A stretch of DNA of 64,000 nucleotides from Eledone cirrhosa. Its lineage: Eukaryota. The notes under the pieces were generated by a model. That model had not been told where the DNA came from, made no database searches, and saw only the letters and a list, made by a program, of their open reading frames with translations. This document shows positions 27,171-43,589 of the stretch, piece by piece. The translations under genes were made by a program, and so were the position numbers. The stretch is taken from the NCBI GenBank assembly GCA_964016885.1, contig OZ024745.1, forward strand, positions 52,204,001-52,268,000. Reading direction: 5' to 3'. Position 1 is the stretch's first letter. Every line of letters begins with the position of its first letter.

Positions 27171-30100
27171 ATTCTGTTACCCGGAGATTTACCCATGTGC
27201 ATGTATTTTTATTGGTAGTATGACCCACCCAAAGTATAAAAGTATCTCGCTCTCTCTCAGTATATATATATATATATATATATATACATTTCTTTCTGTA
27301 TAGTGAATTGGTGAATTTTATTAATATTTTCGATGTTTTACACGCTTATGTTTATATAACACATTATATTGCTTGTATGAATAAAGATATTTATCGGTAC
27401 ATACCTTATCTTCCATCAGTGATGTGGTGCACGAAAGTCATACATCATACAAAACATATAAGAAACGTCTGGTTTGTTCCCTAAACTAACGCATACCGCT
27501 AAACAATTTACTATATTTCCTTCGTAGATCATTCAACCCCGTGTAAAGGTTAAGCCATTTCAGCAGAGTTAACTAGAATTGTTTCTTTGACACTACGAAA
27601 TATATCACCATAAAATAAAGGCAGTAACAACAAAATTCATCAAATTCTTAACGTAGCCAAACTATTTGCTAGTCTTATCTGTAGCGAATCAAAGATTTTC
27701 ACACTAATCAATGCGGCGAGCTGGCAAACCTCTGAAGAACAAAATGAAATACGTTCTTTAATGTCAAAGTTTCAAAGCTATAATTATGTCAAGTCTCAAC
27801 ACGTTTCAAAATTAATAATTTCTCTGTTTGAAGGAACCACGTGCTGATTTTGATTTCGTAGTAAATATATTTTATTTCTCTTCTTGAATTTGCAGAATGT
27901 TGAGGATTGAAACGTGTGTTTATTTACCATTCTTCAAATTAAACAAATATCTGTAGATTGTTTTTATTTTCGCTCCCTATTTAACGTTTGGCAGTAATTC
28001 GAAACAATTCATCACTCTTATCAAACGGGAAATTTAATTCATTTGCTTGATTTTTATATGGTGGGATGGGAGGTACATTGTCATATGCAGCATCTATTTA
28101 TTTATAATTTCTGAATATGTGCATATTTGTGTAAGCTTTCGTTGTCTACTTTCCATACATCTTATATTTTTTCAGTCCATTTTCATCAAGCTGTTTTGAG
28201 TTAAAATCTGTTGATCTAATATTAATAGGCTAGTTGTTTATTTGGTATGCAGGATTTAACTTACGTTGCCATTATTGCACTTTTTAAGCTGAGCGAAATA
28301 AATAGTTCTTGTCAATTAATTTCTTTACGAAAGATAAACATTGTTTGATAGACATCTGTAGGTTCGGAATTTTTTTGTTATTTTGTACATAATCAAAATA
28401 GATATGAATCTAATATCATTTTACAGTAATGTTTATGTATTCATGTTATAAGTCTCGAGGAGAAAACTTCTAGTAACAGATACTACTTGACACTGCAGTG
28501 TGTACATAAATAATGTAACTGGCAAATTGTCAATGAATAGAACACCCAGTCGGAACACAATGGAACCGAACTCCGACTGTCTTCATTTCTGTCTTTCTCG
28601 CCTAACCCATCTCACACCACTATGAGCAAATGGGGCCCAAGCGCTGCCCATCTTACGATCCCGGCTGTCAGAATAGATACTATTTAAAATTGAATCCATT
28701 ATCTGCTTCACACTGACCAGCCAAGTGAACTTATTTTATTAAAATTTCTATATTTGCAATTTGAATGCAGTTTGGGTTGAGAAAGCTTGCACAAGAAATA
28801 TGAGCAGGCTATTTAAAATTGATAGTGGAAAGCTAATCATTGAATTTTAATGCATTTCAATATTCTGAAATCTTTCCGCTTTCTTTAACTTTAACATAAT
28901 TTACTGACTATACTCATATACGATCATCATGGAAATAGAAGTTTCCATTATCACTCAAGGCACTTCATAAGAAATGCAGATTTCAGTTGGTGCTAGAATT
29001 TGTATTTTGTATAAATAAAAGTAAAGGAAAATGTATTTAATAATTTCCTGAAATATACGTTATTTTCTTATGGGATTCATCAATGTATACAATCATTCTG
29101 TATGCATTTAAGCCGGAACGTTTATATATATATATATATCTTCATACATCGACAACATATTCCAGTAAACCAGTATTGTTTCAGAGGTGATAAACTTATA
29201 AAAAGTGTTTTTATTGATTTGTATGAAGAGGAGAATGTGCTATGTATATTACAAAGCGCCTTGTCACTGTTCTCAATATGAGCATCAAGTTTATATTGTA
29301 ATGTGATGAATACACAGCACAGTAAAGTATAAATTTCATTACATTAATATTTTCATTTATATATAAAACCATATTCTAGTAAATCCTAACCTTTTTTGTC
29401 GGAAACTATATGTAACCTCACTGATTGACTCTGCATTGTGTTAAATATTTTTGACAGATAATATTTGACAATTCGCAAAATGTCATTATTTGTTTATATT
29501 ACATTTTTGGTTTCCGTACGACCTGACGATGATTGTTCCAGCCTTGGGATCAACCGAAGAAAAGTCTCATGAAATTAAATTGCAAGATTATCACACCGTC
29601 ATTCTGATGGTGATTCAACGTGATACAATGGGTTACAGCACTGGCTCTGTAAAATATCGGTACCAACACATTTTTGGCAACTCAATCGTCTAGAATAATG
29701 AAAAATAAAGTGTTAAGATTAAGGAAACAACCATCCACCCGGAATTAAAATCAACAACTCCAGTAAAACACCCTAAACATTAAGTCGTACATTTTGATAC
29801 CATTTTAATATAATTTATGCATTTAAAGTAAAAACACCACTGATGTTACAACTAAGAAATATCCAAACAAGCGTGTGCATATACTTCCCCATAACAGAAA
29901 TATATGTAATGTGTTGAAATCTATTTTACTGACTATGTGTTTGTTGGGTCATAAAGGAATTCATTTTCGCAAATGCCTTAGCTGCAATTTACGTAATTGA
30001 CATACAGTAATGTTATGACGATTGATTTATCAGCAAAAATATGTTTAATAACGTAAAATGCTTCCTATGTTCAATAAGATAAACATATTGTTAATTCCAA

Positions 30101-30237
30101 GTAGAACTTGGAGGCAATAACTACACGCAACATTCCCTAAGCTAGAGCGTCTTATTTTTAGTGTATTAATACCGGCGAAATTATATAACAGATTGCATGG
30201 ACATTTAAAATAACCATTTGTAGAGATGTGGTTTCGC

Positions 30238-30268
<31 letters not shown>

Positions 30269-30271
<3 letters not shown>

Positions 30272-30357
30272 CGAAGGAAGTGTGGTAAGGAACCAGATGG
30301 ACCATAATTCACCAGAGTACTCAATACTTAGGGTAGTAGAGTGTGTAATAGGAAACT
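30269..30357 (-). mobile_element. PLE pLTR terminal fragment in (TA)n
   Basis: Reverse complement of about 41799-41884. Confidence 0.85.
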
Positions 30358-31512
30358 ATATATATATATGTGTGCGTGTGTGTGCGTGTTTGTGAGTGTG
30401 TATGTGTGTGCGTGTCTGTGTGTCTTTGACTGTGTCTGTGTCTGTGCTTGTGTGCGTGTTTGTGAGTGTGTGTGTGTATGTGTGTGTGTGTCCGTGTATG
30501 TGTATGGATCTATGTGTGTGTGTGTATGTCTGTCTCTGTGTCGGTGCGTGTGTGTGTGCGTGCGTTTGTTGTGAGTGTGTGTGTGTATGTGTATGTGTGT
30601 GTGTACATAGATAATCACGCACACTTACATATCTAGGCACATATGTATGTATGTACAAATAAATATCCATATGTACATGTGTTTTTACGTGTGTTTGAAT
30701 CTGTATATTGTTCCCTGTAATATATGCCTGCTTCGTTTAATGTTCATCACTACGAACATAGTCACTTGAGTGGGAAATTAAATAATGCACTATGTATCAT
30801 TTAGAATTAACATTGTCTTTTAATGATTATTGCAGATATAAACAATTTGTAGTTGTATAGTATATTAATATTATATACCCTTCATCTGATGAATTTCAAA
30901 TTAATTTCATGCAAATGATTTTGTTTAAGTACATTTTTAATTTCAATTCATATCAATTATTTCATTAATTACATTTTCGTTAATCTAATTATGAGAAAAT
31001 TAATTCAGACCTAATTTGATAATGCTTATTTTTGTTTGGAATATAGAATTTTATGTCTTGAATTCGGGGTCATTTGCCAAAACGACTATTAGACAAATAA
31101 TATTTGTCTAGGTTGCTTGAATATCAGCGTTTGTTTTAGGGACGACATTAAAGTCTGTGCTTAGATGTTTATATATGTGTGTTTATTCACCATAAACCCT
31201 GTAATTCTTTACAATACCTAATGTAGAATGTAATATGCAACACGGTTCATTGAACGAATCTATAAATGAAAATAGGGAAACAAATATCAATGTTGTCTAA
31301 TTATTAAACGTTGATAATAACAGAATATTAGAAACAACATTTTGTGTATAGATCCACATATACACACGAATACACGCACACACACACACAAACATGCACA
31401 CCCACACACACATACACACACACACATGCACGTACGCACACTCACACACACACACACACACACTAACATGCACACACATACACACACGCACACACACACA
31501 CACACACACACC

Positions 31513-31542
<30 letters not shown>

Positions 31543-31544
<2 letters not shown>

Positions 31545-32210
31545 GGAAAATGTTCAAGACCCCGACGGCAGAGCTCGAGGCGTTTCGACGGCTATTTCTG
31601 GACTAAATTAGATTTTTAGCGTGATAATAAATAGTCGAACGTTTCAAGAGGTAATTCCTTATATGGGAAGATTGTAGTTGTCAAAAGGATTGGTCAAACT
31701 TTCATGTAAACACAATTAAATCTTTCATGACGGTGGGTGGGAGGTGGCGGTGGCTGAACTTGCCTGTAGACGAATGAAGGAGTGGGTGGAGCCGGTTGTT
31801 CTCTCAGATTCTTCCAGAACACTTTTTACGCCTTCTTTCTAGCTAGCCTAATTTCTTCCACACTCCTTAGAATTTGCTGTATAGAATTCACTTTCAACGC
31901 TTGACCAGCTCCACCCACTCCCTCATTGTACTACAGGCAAGTTCAGACACCGCCACCATGAAACTTTTAATTGTGTTTACAAGAAATGTTGACCAATCCT
32001 TTTGACAACTACAATCTTTCGGCTATTTATTACGTTCGGCTATTTGTTACCACGCAAAAAAACCTAATTTAGTCCAGAATTAGCCGCCGAAACGGCTCGA
32101 GCTCTGACGTCAGGGTCTTGAACATTTTCCTATTACCCACTCTAGTACCCTAAGTATTGAGTAATCTGGTGCATTTTGGTCCACCTGGTTGCTCACCACA
32201 CTTCCTTCGT
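31543..32210 (+). mobile_element. Foldback remnant of a PLE subfamily related to the 36785 element's pLTR
   Basis: The 3' end matches the pLTR end (TAGTCCAGAATTAGCCG..GAAACGGC...CTTCCTTCGTT); arm 31543-31797 is inverted relative to 31903-32133. Confidence 0.85.
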
Positions 32211-32499
32211 TATATATATATATATATATATATGGAAGTGGACATCCAGAACTGCTTCGGAAACGTTAACTTTTACGCCATTTTCGCCGTCTGAAGAAAT
32301 CATGATACCTATCATCATGGAAATTTGTATAAGGTCTCAATTAACATATGACTCTAACATATACGACTTCGCATTTCCTCTCTCTCTCTCTAGGTATGTG
32401 TGTGCGCTTGTTATATACGTATTTATTTATTTATATACGTTTATTTAATTATTTGTATACACGCACACACACATATTTATATGTGCGTGTATTTGTATA

Positions 32500-33154
32500 C
32501 CTATGGCGATAGTTTACGCGTATGTTTGTGTATCTACGTATTTGGATGTGTGTATGTATTTAATTAAAATCAATTGCCTCTGTATTTTTTTACTTTATTC
32601 TTAACTCTGAAGCGGAGAATCATTCGGTTTCCTAGTTGGAATTTTAGTCTACGACTTCTGCTATGCCATTTACGTGGTTTTGTCTTTGCGTGCAAATGTT
32701 CTCTACGCTCCACATATGACGTATTATCTTCGTTTTTCCCGTTCATTGCCAGAGAACGTCTCTATGAACCACCTAAGGGAATATTAGTCTACAACTTCTT
32801 TTATACCTCGTTTCTGAATTTGTTTAGCAAGATTCTTTATCTGAAATCGTTTGTTGAAACCGATATTGTTATACTTTGGGAGGGTCATGTTGCCACTAAG
32901 AAACGTGATTCTGTCTTTGCGTGTAATTATTTTTCACCGCTCCAATTAATGACGTATTATATTCGTCTTTTCCCGTTCTTTGCCAGGGAACGTTTCCACG
33001 AACCAAAGTATCGTCTTCCTGTCTTGCTACGGTTGGAACGTTTTTTGAAATATTCACTTCTGCGTTTACAGATTGACTTTGTTAGTTTCAGACGATGCCG
33101 TTAAAGGTGGAAGCAGCAATTCTTTGGTTAACCTTTAATCTGTTATTTTAATAA

Positions 33155-33155
<1 letters not shown>
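32500..33155 (+). mobile_element. Family B element with an inverted family F tail inserted at about 32810-32905
   Basis: Colinear with 35900-36472 except for the insert, which is the reverse complement of about 25430-25522. Confidence 0.75.
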
Positions 33156-33187
<32 letters not shown>

Positions 33188-34445
33188 TTTCTCTTTCATA
33201 TATTTCGTTAGTATTAACAATATTTAAAAAAATACAATTTAGAATATCATCGAAGTTTTCACTGTCATAGTGACGAACGGAAATATCTCATACGGCATTT
33301 CGTTTCGTATTTTTATCCACTGAGTTCATCTCAGGAGAAGTGTGGCGTTCAATTTCATAATTCCAATTTCGATAAGACAGGAATAATTTGAATGCTGTAG
33401 TCATATTAATAGGCATAATCTATGAGAGTTTCCTAATTATGACTCGTATTTGTTCGCAGGTTTTTGCAGAGGCATTCTTTAGTTAATGTTGACTTTGGTT
33501 TCGTCGGACAATGATCGTTAAAAGAAGAATCTATAGAGATAATAATTCTTAATATATATAACCCAATCGCCTCTGACATCAATGAATATGAAACACTGAA
33601 TATAATGCAATAGGTACAATAACCTAAATCGTAAAGAAAAGTATTACATTTGTACCGCGGTATAAAAATATATTCTACTACTATTTGCAATATGTAGACA
33701 TGTATTGATGTTAAACATGATCAATGGAATAAGAAATGCGTATGAAATATAAAGGATATATAACTTGGTATTTCACCATGACCACTATGTCAATAATTCG
33801 CTTCGTAAGACAGCATTATGGATTTTGAAGAGTCATAAGAATGGTAGCATTGAAGATAGATTTGTAGTGTCTTAATTTGCATACTAGAGCAGAATATGCG
33901 AATTAATTGAATTGAAAAGGCCTGGTAATGACAAGATGTAATGGTTAATTTGTAGAATTTGAAAGGAGCTCTTTGTTCGGTATAATAACGTAAATTCTTA
34001 GAAAAAGCTACCTAACATAGCCGTACTCCAAATATTGAAATTTAGAAAAGTATAAAAAATGCATATCTAAATCTATTTTTCTAACCACATTACGACTCTG
34101 AGAAGTTTAAATTTGTAAAATCATGTGTGAGTTAAATACCTATCCATAAGAAATTCCCCACACATAATTTATACCAAATATTCCGGTGTGATGCCAGAAA
34201 TCAGTACATAGTCTGCCGTAATGTGTTATGCACTGGCGCTCTGAGGCATGAAGGATGTTTCTCTTGAAAGTTCTTTTTTTCGGAAATATTTCTTCTCTCT
34301 GTATAAACTCGCACACATAATCATATTCCAACACGCACAAAACAGATACGAATATACTCACACAAAATACACTGAAGCTGGTATCCGAGGGAAAGCCTAT
34401 CTCATCTAAACACAGAGTATAACGGCGCAATAGTACATATATATG

Positions 34446-34691
34446 TAACGAAGGAAATGTGGTAAGGAACCAGATGGACCATAACGCATCAAAGTACTCA
34501 ATACTTAGGGTAGTAGAGTGGGTAATAGGAACAAGTAGGACCCCGACGGCTGAGCTAAAGCCGTCTCGACGGCTAATTCTGGACTAAATGAAAATGTTTA
34601 TCCTGGTACATGAACCAGGATATAAATTTTCATTTAGTCCAGAATTAGCCGTCGAAACGGATTGACCTCAGCCGTCGGGGTCCTACTCGTT

Positions 34692-34696
<5 letters not shown>
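34446..34696 (-). mobile_element. Foldback 3'-end fragment of the PLE pLTR
   Basis: AACGAAGGAAATGTGG... is the reverse complement of the pLTR end; hairpin centred near 34610. Confidence 0.85.
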
Positions 34697-34740
<44 letters not shown>

Positions 34741-34747
<7 letters not shown>

Positions 34748-35675
34748 GAGAAGAAAGAAGAATACTGCGTGGTTGCACATGGGTTACATATGATAAAATT
34801 AGTCCTTCGTCAGTGATTTGCCAACCATCATTAATATTTCATCGCATTAAAAATCATATACCTCAGGTTGGTGCGAGCAATAACTAAAAAAAGCTATTGG
34901 GACAAGTAAATCGCGTAAAGCGAGTGAGACAAGTAAACAGCATAGAAGGATGAAAGCAACGCAAAGATGGGAATAAACAAGCAACATGGTTATCCGGTCA
35001 GCATAATCTGGGTAGATTTCATGAGCGATCACGATACAGACCGTCCGACGTGAGTGAGATGTGAGCAAGAAGAGAACCCACTACTAGCCAAACGGGAGGA
35101 AGTTAGAAGGGGAGAAACAGAGAGTGAGTGAGTGGAAGTGCGAGGAAGAGGTCAGTCGAGAGAAAGTGTAACTGACAGAGGGGGCGAAGGAAGGTGAGAG
35201 CAACAGAGAGAACGGGGAAGCAGTTAGAGAGAAACAGACGAACGCAGCCGAGGTAAATATATATAAAAAAACATGAGAAGAAAGAAGAATACTGCGTGGT
35301 TGCACATGGGTTACATATAATAAAATTAGTCGTTCGTCAGTGATTTGCCAACCGTCATTGATATATACATCGCATTAAAAATCATATACCTCAGGTTGGT
35401 GCGAGCAATAACTAAAAAAAGCTATTGGGACAAGTAAATCGCGTAAAGCGAGTGAGACAAGTAAACAACATAGAAGGATGAAAGCAACGCAAAGATGGGA
35501 ATAAACAAGCAACATGGTTGTCCGGTCAGCATAAGCTGGGTGGATTCCATGAACGATCAAGATGCAGACCGTCCGACGAGAGTGAGATGTGAGCAAGAAG
35601 AGAACCGACTACTAGCCAAACGGGAGGAAGTGAGAAGGGGAGAAATAGAGAGTGAGTGAGTGGAAGTGCGAGGAA
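34741..35675 (-). repeat. Tandem unit (period about 527 bp, 1.8 copies), rearranged HHRs at about 34803-34876 and 35330-35404
   Basis: 34741-35148 is repeated at 35268-35675; duplicated short ORFs appear in the track. Confidence 0.85.
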
Positions 35676-35703
35676 ATATATATATATATATATATATATA
35701 TAA

Positions 35704-35890
35704 TAATTGTTTCTACTATTGGCACAAGGCCAGAAATTACCCAGTACATTACTGGTACTTTATTTTATCGACCCCGTAAGGATGAAAGGCAAAGTTAACC
35801 TCGGCGGGATTTTAACTCAGAATGGCAAGGGACGTAACTCTATGCGTCAAAGCATGGCGTCCAACCCTCTACCGATACTGCCAATCCACC
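35704..35890 (-). mobile_element. SINE copy
   Basis: Reverse complement of the SINE consensus. Confidence 0.9.
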
Positions 35891-35899
35891 GATATATAT

Positions 35900-36697
<798 letters not shown>

Positions 36698-36784
36698 TTA
36701 TTAAAATACCAGATTAGAGTTTAAGCAAAGAATCGCTGCTTTCACCCTTGACGGGATCTTCTGAAACTAACGAAGTCAATCTGT

Positions 36785-38352
36785 AAACCCGGCCCGGCGT
36801 CACGCCACTACACTTTCGGGCCACATTTGGGACCTCAAGGACAACAACATCACCTATGATCTCACTTGGAGATTACTGTCCAGAGCCAATTCTTACACGG
36901 GAGGACGCCGTCCGTGCAATTTATGCTCGGAGGAAACCTTACAAATGCTGTTTTCGACGGACCAACTCCTAAACAAGAAAGATGAATTGGTTACTGCATG
37001 TAAACATAGATTGCGTAGGACTTACCTCGCCCTCAAACCCCATAATGACCCGGGGGGGTAGACTAGGGCTATAACACCCCAGTTGCCGATTTTGCAATGG
37101 GTAACCCCTGCTTGCCAAGGAAGACGTAAGATCTTCTTTGTATTCTTTTATCGCTTCCTTTATTTCCTTCCCCCCTCTCTCCTTTGTCCTTCTACCCCAG
37201 CTCTTCTCCTTTGTCGGCGTCTTTTCTCGCCCACCCGAGGCTGCCCTTTGGCCCCATGTAGCCTTAGTACCCCCCCCTCCCCTAGTCTTTGATAGATTTG
37301 GCGGACTCCGCCCTTTATAGCAGTTGGCTTAGACCCCGGATACTTTCCCCCTTTTTCCGACCGCTCCCACTATTCTCTGTGCCCTCTATATTTCTTAGTG
37401 GCACTTATGCCTTATTTTTTCGTTTCAGTATTTCTTGCTTCGCTTTTCTTCTGGGCGGGGTGGATTCTGAATTTATTTCTCCGTATTCTACCTTTATTTC
37501 GTACGAACTTTCATGTAGTTTGTTTTAGATCTTTTAGAGTTAGCATTAGTATATATTTTTCTCGGGACTCAGAATTATTATCTCGTACAAGTTCACTTTG
37601 CTGCACTGGGTCGTTGCTGGCCCGGGATGGAAACCTTTATTGTTTATTTCGTGGTAGTCTCTTTAGTATTTTGGCCCCTTTTGTTGACCCGTCACCGTAT
37701 CATTTACGTACTTATACCTCTTAAAAGGGTCCTTGCCTTATCCGTCCCACCTAGTTCTCTTACTTATTTCCTTATTTATTTATTTATTTATTTATTTACT
37801 TCTTTCTTTCTTTCTTTATTTTATTCTCGCCTAACAATAGCCTGACACCTAGGTCGTTGAATTTAATTTACTTTACTTTTTTCTTTACACTTAATTGCTT
37901 TTCTTCACTCTCAGTATTTTTTCTTTCCTATTTCTACCCCCCATTGTTCTACCTACCGTTCCGACTTCCTCCCCCTCCCCCTCCCCTGTATCTTCTTTGA
38001 CCTCATGCCCAGCTGTAGCTGGCACTACCAACGCTTGATTGGTTCTACTCCACCCCCTCCCCTCTTTCTCCTACTGGCAGGTTTACCCACCATCTCCCCT
38101 ACTAATTTGCAACCACAGAATTACTACTGATTTTTGACAATCACTTTGACCATATATGGAATTACCCCTTGAGAAGATCGGCTATTTAAATACCAGGATA
38201 CATTTTCATTTAGTCCAGAATTAGCCGTCGAAACGGCTTGAGCTCCGCTGTCGGGGTCTTACTGGTTCCTATTACCCACTCTACTACCTCAAGTATTGAG
38301 TACTTTGGTGCGTTATGGTCCACCTGGTTCCTTACCACATTTCCTTCGTTAT
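36785..38352 (+). repeat. 5' pseudo-LTR of the PLE (includes the duplicated 3' end of the GIY-YIG ORF)
   Basis: Near-identical to 40319-41886; the ORF track shows the same short ORFs shifted by 3534. Confidence 0.95.
38164..38257 (+). ncRNA. Type I hammerhead ribozyme, U3-A8 core variant, in the 5' pLTR
   Basis: Stem I ACCCC/GGGGT; core TTGAGAA; stem II GA(T)CGGCTA/TAGCCGTC with a large loop; GAAA; stem III CGGC/GCTG; TC cleavage site at 38251-38252. Confidence 0.75.
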
Positions 38353-40318
38353 CTAGCTCCTACTCCCGTAGTAGAGCACTTTCCGACCCTACCACGCCGT
38401 ATCCAGACTTTTCCGCTAAGCTCAATTCATTTCACCCGCACCATGCGAAAACACAACATTGACTTCTCTACCAAGAACATCCCAATCCCACCAAAAAAAC
38501 TTTACCTTCGGATGCTCACGCAAAAAATTGATCTATTTGCGAAAAGACTTAGATGGAGAACTTTTTTCTATGACAGATATTGCGACAACCAAGACTTCGG
38601 CACCAAGGAGAGATTCGGATTTATTACCTACAAATCTCCGCCCCTGAACCCCTTGCTCGCACCCTTCGAGAATGACCTCTTCCAACTGGTCAAGAACATT
38701 AAATTTAAACCCAGACACAACCGATTCCTACAAAAACTCCGTAGCAACTTAACAGAGTATGATAACACAAATGACATCATGGTGCATTCGGATAAAACTG
38801 GGAACCTATACTTTGTCAACCCTGACAGATTCCACACACTGATCAGGAGCAGCCTAAACTCCACCTATAAAAAGGCCAACCACTCTTGTATCGAGGACAT
38901 AAATCGAGATGGACAACAAATCACCTCCAGCCTCGGGGTCGCCGACCGCACGGAACCTCTAGACCCACGGACACCATACTTCACACTGAAGGACCATAAA
39001 TCCGATTTTGACCGTAAACCCTCCATCAGGCTTATTAACCCAACGAAGTCCGACATAGGGAGAATCAGCAAAAAAATCCTAGACCGCGTGATACCAAAAG
39101 TCAAGCAACACACCCGACTTAGCCTATGGATCAACACCCAGGAAGTAATCTCCTGGTTCAGCAATATGGAGGATAAACGAGAAACTAAATTCATACAGTT
39201 CGACATAGAGAGCTACTATGCTTCAATCACCTTACCGCTACTTACTGCCGCCTTGGACTTCGCCGAAACACTCGTGCCCATTACCGACCAGGAAAGAAAA
39301 ATCACCCTCCACGCCAGGAAGACAGTCTTACTCTTTGACAACTCTAAATGGATAAAAAGAGCACCCGACTCACCCTTCGACGTCAGCATGGGCGCCACGG
39401 ATTCGGCGGAGGTCACTGATCTTATAGGATTATTCCTAATAGCCAAACTCACTGATATGTTTCCTGCATTCGGTGGTGGATTGTACCGTGATGATGGGCT
39501 CCTTACCCTTAAAGGGTACAACCCCAGTAGTACAGATCGGGTCCGGAAACAATTAATCAGATTCTTCCGCGACTGGGGATTTAAAATAACCCTACAAACG
39601 TCCCTGACCCGAGTAAACTTCCTGGACGTAACCCTCGACCTCGAAAACGACCTGTACTACCCATACAGGAAACCTAATGACAATCTGCACTACATCCACC
39701 GCCGATCAAACCATCCTAGGAACATCACAAACAACCTGGTCAAAAGCATCTCCCTCCGCATATCCCGTTTGCAGCTAATGAGCGGATATTCGATGAACAT
39801 GCGCCTTATTACAATCAGGCCCTCAAGCGGAGTGGTTTCCGGGAGGAAATATCCTACTGTCCAGCTCCCATTAGCGGAACCAGCAGGAGACACCGCCGCT
39901 CACGCAATGTAACATGGTTCAATCCTCCCCACAACGCAGAGGTGACTACTCCCATCGGGAAACTATTCTTTAGGCTCATTGAAAAACACTTCCCATTACA
40001 ACACCGCTACCACAACATAATTAACAAAAATACCATCAAACTCTCTTACAGCACTACACCAAACTTCGCACAAAACATCGTCTCCTCTAACAACAAAAAA
40101 CTCAACCCCGATGGCAGAAAAAACCTAATTAGCAGTGGAGAACCGACCAGGAGGTGTAACTGCCCGGATAGATCTATTTGCCCACTCGACAATAGATGCA
40201 GAGACCGTAATGTGATCTACCAGTGCAACGTGAGGACGGATACCTCCAACAAAGCCTATATAGGACTTACCGCATGTGACTTCAAGACCCGGCTATACCA
40301 ACATAGACATACCTTTCG

Positions 40319-42170
<1,852 letters not shown>

Positions 42171-42174
42171 CCCG

Positions 42175-42715
42175 CTTTCCTGTTCCCACAGTGCCGTCCG
42201 TCATCCACGCAATGCTGCTCTCAACGAGGTCATAAAGCATGGCTTGGACGCTGCAGGCTTCCCCTCCCAGCTTGAGCCGGTGGTGCTGGATCGAGGGAAC
42301 GGCAAAAGGCCAGACGTTGTGACTATCTTCCCGTTCCGCGGTGGCAAACCTCTCGTCTGGGATGGCACTTGCAGCGACACTTTCGCCAGTTGCAACCTGG
42401 TGCAGTCTCCGACTAATCCAGGTAATTCTGCTCGTCAGGCTGAGGAGGACAAACTCTCCAAGTACCGGTTGCTCTCCGACAGGCTACCTCCCTATTCACA
42501 ATAGGCGCTGAGCTGGCCAAACGCAGGTGTGAGCCTCACGAGTTGGAATGCCTCTTCCAGCGCATCCTCCTTACCATCCTCCAGAGAAGCGCCTTCTCCA
42601 CTCTGTCCGCCGGAGCTGTGGGGAGGCCAACATGTGGGAGCTCATTGGTTCACCATAAGGATTAACGCAAACAAATTACATTTACACTGATGTAAAAAAA
42701 AAAAAATAATAAAAA
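42175..42715 (+). mobile_element. 3' fragment of a CRE-like non-LTR retrotransposon (restriction-like endonuclease domain) with A-rich tail
   Basis: CSHSAVRHPRNAALNEVI...GKRPDVVTIFPFRGGKPLVWDGTCSDTFA...AEEDKLSKY fits the RH..RPD..D..K..KY RLE pattern; poly(A) at about 42694-42715. Confidence 0.8.
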
Positions 42716-42830
42716 TTACGTCGTTGAGTGGAACGTGACGAACAATTTCGTGCAAAGGCAAAAACACATTAATGGTATATAAGTATTCGATAGACTAAAA
42801 TTCCTAAACGTATATATATACAAACATATA

Positions 42831-43589
<759 letters not shown>

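Noticed and set aside
27880-27920. Splice-acceptor-like polypyrimidine tract ending TTGCAG
   Set aside because: No supportable exon or donor site; such motifs are common by chance.
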